Of a stretch of 64,000 nt of DNA, positions 8,995 to 19,524 are shown piece by piece. Below the pieces are notes generated by a model. It did no database searches and was not told the origin of the DNA. It saw only the letters and a list, made by a program, of their open reading frames with translations. The stretch spans positions 32,001 to 96,000 of the forward strand of contig JBGAML010000018.1 of the NCBI GenBank assembly GCA_044223005.1, given 5' to 3'. The DNA comes from Candidatus Eiseniibacteriota bacterium (lineage in GTDB: Bacteria; Eisenbacteria; RBG-16-71-46). The position numbers and the translations under genes were made by a program. Position 1 is the stretch's first letter. Every line of letters starts with the position of its first letter.

Positions 8995-11145
8995 ATGGAC
9001 GAGGTGTCCCCGATGAGACGACTCCCCGACGTCGTGTCTCGCCGCACGTCCCGCGCCGCGCTTCCCGCCCTGCTCGCCCTGCTCGCGGCCCTCCTTCTCC
9101 CCGGCGCCGCCCATGCGATCGCCGGCAACGGCAAGCTGCAGATCCACCACATCGACGTGGGCCAGGGCGACGGCGCGCTGCTCATCTCGCCCAACGGACA
9201 GACCGCGCTGTTCGACGACGGCAACTACCTCAACTGCACCGGGATCAAGACGTACCTGCAGGGGCTCGGCATCACGACGGTGGACTACCACTTCTGCTCG
9301 CACTACCACTCGGACCACCTCGGCTGCATCGACGACCTCGCGGCGGTCGGCATCACGATCGGCACGGCCGGCTACGACCGCGGCAACACCTACTCGAGCG
9401 GCACGTACACGGCGTACGTGAACACGCTCGGGGCGAAGCGGCTCACGATGACCAAGAACCAGGTCATCACCCTGGACGCCGGCTCCGCCAACCCCGTGCT
9501 CATCAAGTGCGTCGACCTGAACGGCGCCGGCGTGTACTCGGTGAGCGGCTCCGACGAGAACGCCAAGAGCCTGTGCCTCCTCGTCAGCTACGGGAACTTC
9601 CAGGAGGAGATCAGCGGCGACCTGACCGGTGACGTCACGCTGGGCAACGACGTCGAAACGACCGTCGGCCCCGAGATGGGCCAGGTCGAGGTCTACAAGG
9701 CGCACCACCACGGCTCACGCTACTCGAACAACGACAACTGGCTGAACGCGGTGGCGGCGAAGGTCTGCGTGATCTCGTGCGGCGACGGCAACACCTACGG
9801 TCACCCGACGACCGAGGCACTGACCCGCATGCACAACCACAACATCCACACCTACTGGACCGAGACCGGCAACGGCGCGACGCCGAACGCGTCGTGGGAC
9901 AAGGTCGCGCACGGCACGGTCGTGATCCAGGCGCAGCCGGGCGCCGGCGCCACGTTCACGGTGACGGGCCCGGGCATCAACGATGCCTACACGAACGACG
10001 GCGCCCTGCCGCCGATCCACGCGACGCAATACCCGACGACGCTCACGATGCTCAAGGGCTCGCTCGCCACGGGTGACGTGACGCGGCTGCAGGTGTCGGA
10101 CGATTCGCGCATCGGCGTGTCGGCCGGCGTCTCGAGCGGTTCGTACTGGACCGACTGGTACGCGTCGACGTTCCTCGCGCATCCGCCGCTCAACCTGACG
10201 GTCACGTTCGAGGGCAGCTTCACCGTCTCGCGCACCCAGACGCTGTACGTCTACAACTTCTCGACGGCGTCGTGGACGCAGGTGAACAGCGCCACGGTGA
10301 GCACGACGGACGTGACCAAGACGTGGTCGACGTCGACGCCGGCCGCCTACGTCGGGCCGTCGAACGAGCTGCGGTTCCGCGTGACCGGCAACACCCGGAC
10401 GAGCACGTACACGAGCCGCGGCGACTTCATGAAAGTCGAGTACGACTACGCGGCGGGCACCGCTCCGGCGATGGTCGCGGGGCTGCCGCCCGCGGGCGAC
10501 GACGGCGCGGCGGCGACCGCGTCCGAGCCGCGCCGCACGCTGGACCCGGCGCTGATCCTGCCGCACGCGATGCTGCGTTCGGTCGACGCGCGGCCGACCG
10601 CGGCGGGCGTGGCGCTGCAGTGGTCGATCGGGATCCACGAGGATTCCGACGGCTTCAACGTGTACCGGCAGGCGGCCGACGGGTCGCTCGAGTTCGTGGG
10701 CAACGACGCCACGTTCACGCAGGCCGGCGACATCGATCACTTCTCGTTCGTGGACGCCAGCGCCACGGATCCGGACTGCGCCTGCACGTACTGGCTCGGC
10801 GTGCGCTCGTGCTCCGCGGCCGAGGGCATGATCGGGCCGATCCGCGTGGGTGGCGCCGACGTGGCCACGCGCGTGGCGCTGGCGGCGGGTCCCAACCCGG
10901 CGCGGGATCGTTCGCGGCTGCAGTTCGCGGTCGATCAGGCGGCGGTGGTACGACTCGACGTGCTCGACATCCAGGGCCGCGTGGTCGCCTCGCCGTTCGC
11001 CGGCCGCGTCGAACCCGGCCTCCGTTCGGTGGAGTGGAACCTCTCGCGCACGGACGGCTCGCGGGTGCCGCAGGGCATCTACTTCGCGCGCCTGACGGGT
11101 GCGGGCAGCACGCACGTCGTCCGCGTGACGGTCGTGGACCGCTGA
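8995..11145 (+). CDS. Secreted ComEC/Rec2-like metallo-beta-lactamase-fold hydrolase with FlgD/T9SS-A-like C-terminal domain
   Basis: Signal peptide, IDVGQGD, SHYHSDH, HHHGS, ISCGDGNTYGHP; tail GPNP...LDIQGR...GIYFARL. The start may be 9013. Confidence 0.85.
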   Translation: MDEVSPMRRLPDVVSRRTSRAALPALLALLAALLLPGAAHAIAGNGKLQIHHIDVGQGDGALLISPNGQTALFDDGNYLNCTGIKTYLQGLGITTVDYHFCSHYHSDHLGCIDDLAAVGITIGTAGYDRGNTYSSGTYTAYVNTLGAKRLTMTKNQVITLDAGSANPVLIKCVDLNGAGVYSVSGSDENAKSLCLLVSYGNFQEEISGDLTGDVTLGNDVETTVGPEMGQVEVYKAHHHGSRYSNNDNWLNAVAAKVCVISCGDGNTYGHPTTEALTRMHNHNIHTYWTETGNGATPNASWDKVAHGTVVIQAQPGAGATFTVTGPGINDAYTNDGALPPIHATQYPTTLTMLKGSLATGDVTRLQVSDDSRIGVSAGVSSGSYWTDWYASTFLAHPPLNLTVTFEGSFTVSRTQTLYVYNFSTASWTQVNSATVSTTDVTKTWSTSTPAAYVGPSNELRFRVTGNTRTSTYTSRGDFMKVEYDYAAGTAPAMVAGLPPAGDDGAAATASEPRRTLDPALILPHAMLRSVDARPTAAGVALQWSIGIHEDSDGFNVYRQAADGSLEFVGNDATFTQAGDIDHFSFVDASATDPDCACTYWLGVRSCSAAEGMIGPIRVGGADVATRVALAAGPNPARDRSRLQFAVDQAAVVRLDVLDIQGRVVASPFAGRVEPGLRSVEWNLSRTDGSRVPQGIYFARLTGAGSTHVVRVTVVDR

Positions 11146-11167
11146 GCGCGGCCGGATGCGAAGTACG

Positions 11168-11197
11168 GCGGCCCGCCTCCTCCGGGAGGCGGGCCGC
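11168..11197. terminator. Hairpin between convergent genes (probable bidirectional terminator)
   Basis: GCGGCCCGCCTCC-TCCG-GGAGGCGGGCCGC. Confidence 0.65.
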
Positions 11198-11200
11198 TCG

Positions 11201-12775
11201 TCATTCGGACGTGGTGGGGAGCGCGACGGCGTCGCGCACGGTCGCCACGAGGTCGGCGACGTGGAACGGCTTGGGCAGGAATCCGCAGGCGAGCGCGAAC
11301 ACGTCGGAGGGCTGGTCGCTCGTGTCGTAGCCGCTCATGAAGAGCACGGGGGCCCGTGAGCCTCGCGCGCGCAGCGTCTCCGCCAGCTGCCGGCCGTCCA
11401 TGTGCGGCATCGTCAGGTCGGCGAGCACGAGGACGATGTTGTCGCGTCGCTGCTGCCAGATCGTGATCGCGGCCATGCCGTCCTCGGCCGCGACGACGTC
11501 GAACCCGTGCGCGCGCAGAGCCGCCGACGCCACCTGGCGCACGCCGGGTTCGTCGTCCACGACCAGGACGCAGCGGCCGGTCGCCGATGCCGTGCGGGCC
11601 GGAGCGGACGGCGCGATCGCGACCGGCAGCAGGACGCGCACGAGCGTGCCGCGGCCCACGGCCGAATCGAGGGCGATCGCGCCACCGTGCGACTGCGTCA
11701 CGCCGCGCACGACCGCGAGGCCGAGCCCGCGCCCGGCGAACTTGGTCGAGTAGAAGGGCTCGAACACGCGGTCGCGGACGTCGTCGTCCATGCCCGCCCC
11801 GGAATCCTCCACTTCGACGAACGCGTAGTTGCCCTCCGCGCAGTCGGTCCCCGCGACGAGCCGCTGCCGCTGGGCTTCGCCCATCAGCCGGAGTCCCGTG
11901 CGGATTACGATGCGGCCGTCATGGCCGTCGACGGCCTCGCCCGCGTTGGTGACGAGGTTGAGGACGAGCTGGCGCAGCGGGCCCGGATCGCCGTCGATGT
12001 CGGGGAGCGCGGGATCGAGGTGGATCTCCAGCCGGGTGCGCCGCGGTACGGCGGCGCTGAGCAGTTCGCGCGTGCCCTCCACGATCGTGTTCAAGGAGAC
12101 GCGCTGCCGCACGACCGGCCCGCGGCCGGCGTACGCCAGCATCTGGCCCGACAGCTCGGCCGCCCGCGCCGCGGCGTGCACGGCGCGGCGCAGGTGCGCG
12201 GCGGCGCCCGAGTCGGCAGGCAGTTCCGCGAGCGCGAGTTCGGCGTGGCCCATCACGCCGACCAGGAGGTTGTTGAACTCGTGCGCGACCCCGCCGGCCA
12301 GGCGCCCGAGGCTCTCCAGCTTCTGCGACTCGAGCATGCGGGCATCGAGCGTGCGCCGCTGCGCTTCGGCCTCGACACGGGACGTGATGTCGTTCGCGAC
12401 GCCGAGCAGGAGCGGCTCGCCGGAGGCGGGATCCCGGTACAGGATCTTGTGGACGTCGAACCGGCGGAGGCCGTCGCGCGTCGACAGCGCCACTTCGTAG
12501 CGAAACGGCTCGCCCGTCGCGAACACGCGCGCGTTGCTCGCGAGCACGCCCTCGACGCGGTCCGCGTCGAGCATTTCGCTGACGTGACGCCCGGCCGTCG
12601 GGCGGCCCTCGTCGCCGAAGGCGCGCTCCCATTCGCCGTTCACGAACCGCAGGATGCCGTCGCGATCGGTGACGAAGATCGCTTCGGGCAGGTGCTCGAG
12701 GACGCTCTCCAGTGGCCGCGAGCATCCGCGCGGACAGAGCGTGGAATCGACGGGGAGCCGGGCGGCTCCGTTCAC
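11201..12775 (-). CDS. PAS-domain hybrid sensor histidine kinase/response regulator (CckA-like)
   Basis: PAS domain, H-box GGVAHEFNN, N-box LNLVTNA, DSGAGM, FEPFYSTK, GRGLGL, receiver domain VVDDE...DLTMP...KPF. Start uncertain (the ORF extends to 12919). Confidence 0.88.
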   Translation of the reverse strand: MNGAARLPVDSTLCPRGCSRPLESVLEHLPEAIFVTDRDGILRFVNGEWERAFGDEGRPTAGRHVSEMLDADRVEGVLASNARVFATGEPFRYEVALSTRDGLRRFDVHKILYRDPASGEPLLLGVANDITSRVEAEAQRRTLDARMLESQKLESLGRLAGGVAHEFNNLLVGVMGHAELALAELPADSGAAAHLRRAVHAAARAAELSGQMLAYAGRGPVVRQRVSLNTIVEGTRELLSAAVPRRTRLEIHLDPALPDIDGDPGPLRQLVLNLVTNAGEAVDGHDGRIVIRTGLRLMGEAQRQRLVAGTDCAEGNYAFVEVEDSGAGMDDDVRDRVFEPFYSTKFAGRGLGLAVVRGVTQSHGGAIALDSAVGRGTLVRVLLPVAIAPSAPARTASATGRCVLVVDDEPGVRQVASAALRAHGFDVVAAEDGMAAITIWQQRRDNIVLVLADLTMPHMDGRQLAETLRARGSRAPVLFMSGYDTSDQPSDVFALACGFLPKPFHVADLVATVRDAVALPTTSE

Positions 12776-12937
12776 GAGGGGCGTGTTCGGCAACGGACAC
12801 CTGCACAGGGGAGAGGCCGCGCCGCGTGCTGCCTGGGGCCGCGTCCTGCCGCGCCCGGGACGACCACACGCGTCGCCGGAAACGACACTAGGACCGGGCC
12901 AGAAGTACCTCAAGGACATAATGCGTCCTCACATGCA

Positions 12938-13534
12938 TCAGCTCCGGGCTCGCCGCTCCAGCACCGCGCGTACGTCGTCGAGCCCGGCCCCGACCGCGCG
13001 CAGGGCGACGAGCGCGTGGTAGAGAAGGTCCGCCGCCTCGGAGACGGCGCGGTCCCGATCGCCGTCCGCACACGCGACCGCGAGCTCCGCGGCTTCCTCA
13101 CCGAGCTTCTTGAGGCGAAGGTTGCGGTCGGTGAGCAGCTTCTGCGTCCAGCCCGCGCCTTCCACCGCGGTCGACGCGGCGCGCCGCGCGATCACGCGAT
13201 CGAGCGCCGAGAGCGCGTCGGGCTCCAGCGCGTCGTCGCGGAAACAGGAAGTGGTCCCGTCGTGACACGCGGGACCGGCCGGGTGCACGCGGGCGAGCAC
13301 GGTGTCCGCGTCGCAGTCCCACGCGAGGGATACGAGCGTCTGCACGTTGCCGCTCGTGGCGCCCTTGTGCCAGAGCCCGCGCGTGCGCGAGCGGTAGTGC
13401 ATCTCGCCCGTGGCAACGGTGCGCTCGAGCGCCTCGCGGTCCGCCCAGGCGAGCATGAGCACGACGCCGGTCCGGGCGTCCTGCGTGACGACGGGAACGA
13501 GTGTTCCCTCGGGGAGCGTCGTCGGATCGAACAT
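12938..13534 (-). CDS. hisIE: Bifunctional phosphoribosyl-AMP cyclohydrolase/phosphoribosyl-ATP pyrophosphatase
   Basis: [50 protein letters not shown]. Confidence 0.93.
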   Translation of the reverse strand: MFDPTTLPEGTLVPVVTQDARTGVVLMLAWADREALERTVATGEMHYRSRTRGLWHKGATSGNVQTLVSLAWDCDADTVLARVHPAGPACHDGTTSCFRDDALEPDALSALDRVIARRAASTAVEGAGWTQKLLTDRNLRLKKLGEEAAELAVACADGDRDRAVSEAADLLYHALVALRAVGAGLDDVRAVLERRARS

Positions 13535-13602
13535 TCTGGTACCTCCTCGTGAGCGCGCGGTGGTCTCGGCCCGTGCGCGGCGATCGACCGAGTGATGGCG
13601 GG

Positions 13603-14376
13603 TCAGCGGGTGGGCGCGGCGGACCCGCGAACCGGGACGCCGTCCCGGGCGAGCGTGGACTTGATCTCGGCGAGCGAGACGACGCCGTCGTGCAGCACGC
13701 CGGCCAGGAGCGCCGCGTCGGCCCCGGCCTCGCGCAGCACGCTCGAGACGTGTTCCGGCGTCCCGGCGCCGCCCGAGGCGACCACCGGCACCGTGACGGC
13801 GGCGGCCACCATGCGCGTGAGCTCGAGGTCGTAGCCATCGCGGCCGCCGTCGCGGTCGATGCTCGTGAGCAGGATCTCGCCGGCGCCGCGCCGCACGCAC
13901 TCGCGCGCCCACGCGACCGCCTCGAGCCCCGTCGGCCGCGAACCGCCGTGCGTGTACACGCGCCACGCGCCGTCCTCGCGCTGCGCGTCGATGCTCGCGA
14001 CGACGCACTGCGCCCCGAAGCGGGCGGAGAGCTCGCCGATCGACTCGGGGTGGTCCACGGCCGCGGTGTTGAGGCTCACCTTGTCGGCACCGGCGCGCAG
14101 GACGCGCGCGCCGTCGTCCGCCGTGCGGATGCCGCCGCCGACCGTGAGCGGCACGAACAGCCGCTCGGCCGTGCGCCGCACGACGTCGAGCAGCGTGGCG
14201 CGCCCCTCGAGCGAGGCCGAGATGTCGAGGAAGACGATCTCGTCCGCGCCCTCGGACTCGTAGCGTGAGGCCATCGCGGCGGGCTCGCCCACGTCGCGCA
14301 GGCCTTCGAAGCGCACGCCCTTCACGGTGCGCCCATCGCGCACATCGAGGCACGCGATCACGCGGCGCGTCAGCAC
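13603..14376 (-). CDS. hisF: Imidazole glycerol phosphate synthase cyclase subunit
   Basis: [46 protein letters not shown]. Confidence 0.95.
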   Translation of the reverse strand: MLTRRVIACLDVRDGRTVKGVRFEGLRDVGEPAAMASRYESEGADEIVFLDISASLEGRATLLDVVRRTAERLFVPLTVGGGIRTADDGARVLRAGADKVSLNTAAVDHPESIGELSARFGAQCVVASIDAQREDGAWRVYTHGGSRPTGLEAVAWARECVRRGAGEILLTSIDRDGGRDGYDLELTRMVAAAVTVPVVASGGAGTPEHVSSVLREAGADAALLAGVLHDGVVSLAEIKSTLARDGVPVRGSAAPTR

Positions 14377-14912
14377 GAACCGTCCTCCCAGCGCACCGAA
14401 CCCTTCGTACTGAAGAGCGGACCGGCTTCCGCGAGCGCGCCGCGCAGCGAGAGGCCGAGTGCCTTGAACGCGGCCTCGACCACGTGGTGCCGGTCGGTGC
14501 CGCGCAGCACGCGCACGTGCAGCGTCGTGCGCGCCTGCATCGCGAACGAGCGCAGGAAGTGGTCGTAGAGCGACGACGGCAGTGGCCCGCGGTAGTACGG
14601 CCGGCCGCCGGTGTCGAGCACCACCTGCACGAGCGCGTCGTCCATCGGGATCGTGCGCTCGGCGTAGCGGCGCGCGCGCTCGGGGACGGCCCGCGCGACG
14701 GCCTCGCCCAGCGCGATCGCGACGTCCTCGACGAGGTGGTGCTTCAGGTCGCCGCGGGCGGTCAGGGCCAGTCCCGCGCCCGCGTAGAAGGCGAGCGTCG
14801 CGAGCATGTGGTCGAGGAACGGTTCGCCGGTGGCGACCGTCACCTCGCCGCCGCCCGGCGCGAACCCCACCTCGACCCGCGTCTCCTTCGTCTCGCGCAC
14901 GATCCGTTTCAT
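14370..14912 (-). CDS. hisB: Imidazoleglycerol-phosphate dehydratase (monofunctional)
   Basis: [38 protein letters not shown]. Confidence 0.93.
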   Translation of the reverse strand: MKRIVRETKETRVEVGFAPGGGEVTVATGEPFLDHMLATLAFYAGAGLALTARGDLKHHLVEDVAIALGEAVARAVPERARRYAERTIPMDDALVQVVLDTGGRPYYRGPLPSSLYDHFLRSFAMQARTTLHVRVLRGTDRHHVVEAAFKALGLSLRGALAEAGPLFSTKGSVRWEDGSC

Positions 14913-15619
14913 CCGGCGAACTCCTCCGCGACGGCGCGCGCATCGAGCGCGCCGGTGTAGAGCGCCATGCCGAGCACCGCGGCGGCGACGCCGCGGGATT
15001 CGAGGGCGCGAAGATCCTCCGCCGACGCGATGCCGCCGGAGGCGATGAGCGGGCACGCGGCCGCCCGGGCCGCGCGCTCCGTGAGTTCCAGTGCGGGGCC
15101 GGCGAGCCGGCCCTCGCGTTCCACCGCCGTCACGAGGATGCCCGCCAGCGGCAGCGCCGACAGCGCGCGGATCGCATCGACGGCGTCGCGATCCTGCGTG
15201 CGCGTCCAGCCGTGCGTGGCGACGCGCCCGTCGCGCGCGTCGACCGCCACGACGAGCCGGCGCGGGAACGCGCGCGCCGCCGCATCCAGCCACGCGGTGT
15301 CCTCGAGCGCGCGCGTGCCGACCACGACCCGTGCGGCGCCGCGCGCGAGCAGCCATTCGATCGCCGCCTCGTCGCGCACGCCGCCACCCACCTGCACGTC
15401 GCCGCCTTCGGCCAGCAGCGCCGCGATCACCTCGCGGTTGTCGCCGCGGCCGAGCGCGGCGTCGAGGTCGACGACGTGCAGCGTCGCGAAGCCCTGGGCG
15501 CGCCAGTGCCGCGCCGCGGCGACGGGGTCCGGGAGCCGCACGCGCTCGTCCTCGAACGCGCCGCCCACGAGTTGCACGCACGCGCCCTCGCGCAGGTCCA
15601 CCGCCGGGATCGCGCGCAT
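14909..15619 (-). CDS. hisA: ProFAR isomerase
   Basis: IPAVDL..GACVQL, LHVVDLDAA, VQVGGGVR, IASGGI. Confidence 0.93.
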   Translation of the reverse strand: MRAIPAVDLREGACVQLVGGAFEDERVRLPDPVAAARHWRAQGFATLHVVDLDAALGRGDNREVIAALLAEGGDVQVGGGVRDEAAIEWLLARGAARVVVGTRALEDTAWLDAAARAFPRRLVVAVDARDGRVATHGWTRTQDRDAVDAIRALSALPLAGILVTAVEREGRLAGPALELTERAARAAACPLIASGGIASAEDLRALESRGVAAAVLGMALYTGALDARAVAEEFAG

Positions 15620-16227
15620 CACGCGGCCCCCGCGTGGGCCGCGGCGACGAGCGAGCGCACCAGCGCGACGCCGGCGGCGGAGCTCTTCTCGGGGTGGAAC
15701 TGCACGCCGAACGTGCGGGCGACGCGCACGACGGACGCGAAGCGGTCGTCCTCGTGCCGGGTCCACGCGACGACGGCCGAGGGGTCCGCGGGCTCGCACA
15801 CGAACGAGTGCGCGAAGTAGGCCGTCGCGAGTCCGCTCGCGCCGAGCCACGCGGGATCGCCCGTGGCTTCGACCGCGTTCCAGCCCATGTGCGGCAGGCG
15901 TCGCGTGCGCAGCCGGCGCACGTGCCCGGGGATCGCACCCAGGCCTTCGCCCGCGCCCTCTTCGCTGCGGTCGAAGAGCAGCTGCATGCCGAGGCAGATG
16001 CCCACGCACGGCAACCCGCTCGCGAGCGCGTCGCGCATCGCCGCGCGAGCGGGCGCCAGTGCGGCGGCCGCGGGCGCGAACGCGCCGACGCCGGGCAGCA
16101 CGAGCACGTCGGTGTCGATGGCCGCGACGGGATCGGGCTCGATCCGCAGCGCGACACCCGGGGCTTCGAGCGCCTTCGCGAGCGAGTGCAGGTTCCCCGC
16201 ACCGTAGTCGAACAGCGTCACGCGCAT
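15619..16227 (-). CDS. hisH: Imidazole glycerol phosphate synthase glutaminase subunit
   Basis: DYGAGNL, LPGVG, GICLGMQ, PHMGWN, QFHPEKS. Confidence 0.95.
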   Translation of the reverse strand: MRVTLFDYGAGNLHSLAKALEAPGVALRIEPDPVAAIDTDVLVLPGVGAFAPAAAALAPARAAMRDALASGLPCVGICLGMQLLFDRSEEGAGEGLGAIPGHVRRLRTRRLPHMGWNAVEATGDPAWLGASGLATAYFAHSFVCEPADPSAVVAWTRHEDDRFASVVRVARTFGVQFHPEKSSAAGVALVRSLVAAAHAGAA

Positions 16228-17270
16228 GCCATGGCCTCCTCGAGCGCCGCGAGCGCGCGCTGCATCTGCGGCCACGGCGCGACCGTGATCCGCAGCGCGT
16301 CGCCGATGCCCGGAAGGTCCGCGAACGGCCGCACCGCGACGCCAAGGGTGCGCATGCGCGCCGCGATCGCCGGCGCGCCGGGCAGCGGCACGAGCAGGAA
16401 GTTGGCCGCGGACGGCAGCGTCGGCAGGCCGCGCGCGTGCAGCTCGGCCGCGAGCCGGCCGCGCATGCGCACGGCCTCGGCCGCCTGCGACTGCACCCAG
16501 CCGAGGTCGCTCGCGATCGCTGCAGCCGCCGCGCGCTCCGCGAGTGCACCCACCTTGAACGGGCCGCGCGAGAGCTCGAGGTGCGAGACGAGGTCGGCGG
16601 CGGCGCACGCCCAGCCCACGCGCAGCCCGGCGAGCGCGAAGGCCTTGGAGAACGTGCGCGCCACGATCAGCCCCGGGCGGGCCGGCGCTTCGGCCAGCCG
16701 GCTCGTACCGCCGAAGTCCACGTACGCCTCGTCGATCACCACGATGCCCGAGGCGTTGGCGATCACGTACTCGACCGCGCGCGGATCCAGCGCCGCACCC
16801 GTGGGGTTGTTGGGTGAGCAGAGGTAGACGAGCGCCGGCGCGCCCGCGAGCAGCTCTTCCGGGTCGAACGTGCCGTCGGGCGCGAGGGGTGTGCTCGTGG
16901 ACTCGATGCCGTTCATGCGCGCGAAGTAGGCGGCCATCGGGAACGTCGGCGCGAGGTGGGCGAGGCGCTCTCCGGGCCGGGCGAACGCGCGGAGCGCCGA
17001 ATCGAGCACGTCGTCCGAACCGCAGCCGGTGGCGATCTCCTCGGGGCGCGCGCCCGCGTAGTCCGCGAGCGCCGCCTTGAGCGAGCCGGTGTAGGCGTCC
17101 GGGTAGCGCGTCGCGTCGTCCTCCGCGGGCGTGCGCAGGGCGGCCATCGCCGCCGGTGGGACGCCGAAGCGATTGGTGTTGTCGCTCAGGTTCACCTCGA
17201 CCGGCGCCTGCGGCGGACGGTAGAGGACGAGATCGCTCCATTCGGCGCGGGTGCGGGACGGCGCGGTCAT
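16218..17270 (-). CDS. hisC: Histidinol-phosphate aminotransferase
   Basis: CSPNNPTG, IDEAY, RTFSKAFALAGLRVG, SAANF. Confidence 0.93.
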   Translation of the reverse strand: MTAPSRTRAEWSDLVLYRPPQAPVEVNLSDNTNRFGVPPAAMAALRTPAEDDATRYPDAYTGSLKAALADYAGARPEEIATGCGSDDVLDSALRAFARPGERLAHLAPTFPMAAYFARMNGIESTSTPLAPDGTFDPEELLAGAPALVYLCSPNNPTGAALDPRAVEYVIANASGIVVIDEAYVDFGGTSRLAEAPARPGLIVARTFSKAFALAGLRVGWACAAADLVSHLELSRGPFKVGALAERAAAAAIASDLGWVQSQAAEAVRMRGRLAAELHARGLPTLPSAANFLLVPLPGAPAIAARMRTLGVAVRPFADLPGIGDALRITVAPWPQMQRALAALEEAMACA

Positions 17271-18574
17271 CGCGAGCCCTCCGCCCACGCGCGCGCCACC
17301 GCCGCGTGCGCCGGCAGGCCCTCGGCCTCGGCGAAGCGCGCGCCGTCGGTGGCGAGCGCGGCGGCGCCGGCGCGCGTGACGCGCTGCCATGCGGTCCAGC
17401 GCACGAAGTCGAGCGTCGAGAGCCCCGAGTTCGCGCGCGCGTGCCCGCCGGTGGGCAGCACGTGGTTGCCGCCGGCGAGGTAGTCGCCGAAGGGCACCGC
17501 GCTCGCGAGCCCGACGAACACCGCGCCGGTGTCACGGATGCCCGCGAGCGACGCGTCGGCGTCCGCGATCGCGAGCAGCAGGTGCTCGGCCGCATAGTCG
17601 TTCGCGAACGCCAGCGCCGCGGCGCGATCGTGCGCGCACAGCACGCCGCCGCGCGCGGCGAGCGACGCCGCGACCACGTCGCGCCGCGTCGCCGCCGCCG
17701 CCGCGCTGCGCAGGCTCGCGAGCAGCGCCGCGGCCGCGGCGTCGCCCACGGCCACCGCGAGTGCCGCGGCGTCGGGATCGTGCTCGGCCTGCGCCACCAG
17801 CTCGCGCGCGACCGCATCGGCGTTCGCGGGCGAGTCGGCGATCGCGAGCAGTTCGCTGGGGCCCGCCGGCGAATCGATGCCGACGAGGCCCGCGACCTGG
17901 CGCTTGGCCTCGGCGACCCACGCGTTGCCCGGGCCGACGACCCGCTGCACCGCCGGCACGCTCGCGGTGCCGAACGCCATCGCGGCGATCGCGCCGGCGC
18001 CGCCGAGGGCGAACACGCGCGTCGCGCCCGCGAGCTCGGCGGCCGCGAGCACGAGCGCCGACGGCCGGCCGTCGCGCGCGGGAGGCGAGCAGACGACGAT
18101 CTCGTCGACACCCGCCACGCGCGCGGGCACGCACGCCATGAGCACGCTGCTCGGATACGCCGCGCGCCCGCCGGGCGCGTACACGCCGACGCGCGCGAGC
18201 GGATCGGGGCGGCGGCCGACCACCACGCCGGGCTCGGTCTCGACCTCGACGGCCGCGGGCCGGAACGCCTGGTGCGCGCGCTCCAAGTTGCGCGCGGCAT
18301 GCGTCATCGCCGCGCGGACGTCCGGATCGAGCGCGGCCAGTGCCGCGCGCCACGCCTCGCGCGGCACCTCGAGTGCGTCGAGCGTGACACCGTCGAAGCG
18401 CGCGGCGAGGCCGCGCAGCGCGGCGTCGCCGCGCGCGCGCACATCGGCGAGGATCGCGCGCGTCCCCGATTCGACGTCCGGATCGACGCTCGCCGACGCC
18501 TGGCGCGTGGCGAGGATCTCGGGCGCGGCCACCTCGAGCGGCTCGCCGTTCCAGCGCAGTGCGAGCTCGCTCAC
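17267..18574 (-). CDS. hisD: Histidinol dehydrogenase
   Basis: GVYAPGG.AAYPSS, GPGN, DSPAGPSE, QAEH, EHL, GDY.AG.NHVLPT. Confidence 0.95.
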   Translation of the reverse strand: MSELALRWNGEPLEVAAPEILATRQASASVDPDVESGTRAILADVRARGDAALRGLAARFDGVTLDALEVPREAWRAALAALDPDVRAAMTHAARNLERAHQAFRPAAVEVETEPGVVVGRRPDPLARVGVYAPGGRAAYPSSVLMACVPARVAGVDEIVVCSPPARDGRPSALVLAAAELAGATRVFALGGAGAIAAMAFGTASVPAVQRVVGPGNAWVAEAKRQVAGLVGIDSPAGPSELLAIADSPANADAVARELVAQAEHDPDAAALAVAVGDAAAAALLASLRSAAAAATRRDVVAASLAARGGVLCAHDRAAALAFANDYAAEHLLLAIADADASLAGIRDTGAVFVGLASAVPFGDYLAGGNHVLPTGGHARANSGLSTLDFVRWTAWQRVTRAGAAALATDGARFAEAEGLPAHAAVARAWAEGSR

Positions 18575-19437
18575 GGCATCAGCCTCTCGATGCGGGTGAC
18601 GAGGATGCCCTCGGCGCCCAGGGTCTTGAGGTCGGCGATCGTGCGGTAGAGCGTCTGCGCGGGGACCACCGCGTGCACGGCGACGAAACGGCCACCGTCC
18701 AGCACCTCGGTCACGGTGGGACCGTTCAAGCCCGGCAGCACCGCGCGCACGCGTTCGAGCGCCGCGCGCGGCACGTTCGCCATCACGTAGCGCTGGCCGC
18801 GGGCGCGCAGGACGCTCGCCAGCGCCGCGACCAGCTCGCGCAGCGAGGCGGCCCGGGCGCCGTCGCCCTCGGCGGCGCCCGGCGTGGCGACCAGGCGCGC
18901 GGTGGATTCGAGCAGCGTGTCCAGCTCGCGCAGGCCGTTCACCTTCATGGTCGAGCCGGTGGAGGTGAGGTCCACGACCACGTCGGCGATGCCGATGTGC
19001 GGCGCGATCTCGGCCGCGCCCGAGACCGGCACGATCTCCACCTGCAGCGCGCGCGACTCGAAGAACTCGCGCGTGAGCCGCGGGAACGACGTTGCGACGC
19101 GCGCGCCGCGGGGAAGCGCGGTCGTGGTGGTGGCGCCACGTTCGTCGTGCGCCGCGAGCACCAGGCGGCAGCGGCCGAAGCCGAGATCGAGCAGCGTCTC
19201 GAGCGGGCGGCCGGATTCGCGCACGAGGTCGTAGCCCGTGACGCCCACGTCGGCGGCACCGTCGGCCACGAACTCGGGGATGTCCTGGGCGCGCACGAAC
19301 AGCGCTTCGAACTGGCCGCCGAGCGAGGCGGTGAGCGCGCGCTCGGAGCCGGTCCGGATCTCGAGCCCGGCGTCGGTGAACAGTTCGCGGGCCTGCTCGG
19401 ACAGACGGCCCTTGTTGGGAATCGCGATGCGCAGCAC
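18571..19437 (-). CDS. hisG: ATP phosphoribosyltransferase (long form)
   Basis: IAIPNKGRL, RAQDIP, ATSFP, DLTSTGST, C-terminal regulatory domain (LPGLNGPTV...GAEGIL). Confidence 0.95.
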   Translation of the reverse strand: MLRIAIPNKGRLSEQARELFTDAGLEIRTGSERALTASLGGQFEALFVRAQDIPEFVADGAADVGVTGYDLVRESGRPLETLLDLGFGRCRLVLAAHDERGATTTTALPRGARVATSFPRLTREFFESRALQVEIVPVSGAAEIAPHIGIADVVVDLTSTGSTMKVNGLRELDTLLESTARLVATPGAAEGDGARAASLRELVAALASVLRARGQRYVMANVPRAALERVRAVLPGLNGPTVTEVLDGGRFVAVHAVVPAQTLYRTIADLKTLGAEGILVTRIERLMP

Positions 19438-19453
19438 GGGACGCTCCTTCGGG

Positions 19454-19492
19454 AAAAACGAAGCGGCCCGTCCGGGGTTCCGGACGGGCCGC
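19454..19492 (-). terminator. his operon attenuator terminator
   Basis: mRNA GCGGCCCGUCCGG-AACC-CCGGACGGGCCGC followed by UUCGUUUUU, lying between the leader ORF and hisG. Confidence 0.85.
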
Positions 19493-19524
19493 AGTGCCTG
19501 CTGTTCAGTGCGGGAAGGTCGGTG

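Noticed and set aside
12938..18300. Apparent giant fused his ORFs in the track (893, 610, 546, 471 aa)
   Set aside because: Artefacts of upstream open frames. The true starts with RBS or stop-start overlaps give normal-sized His enzymes.
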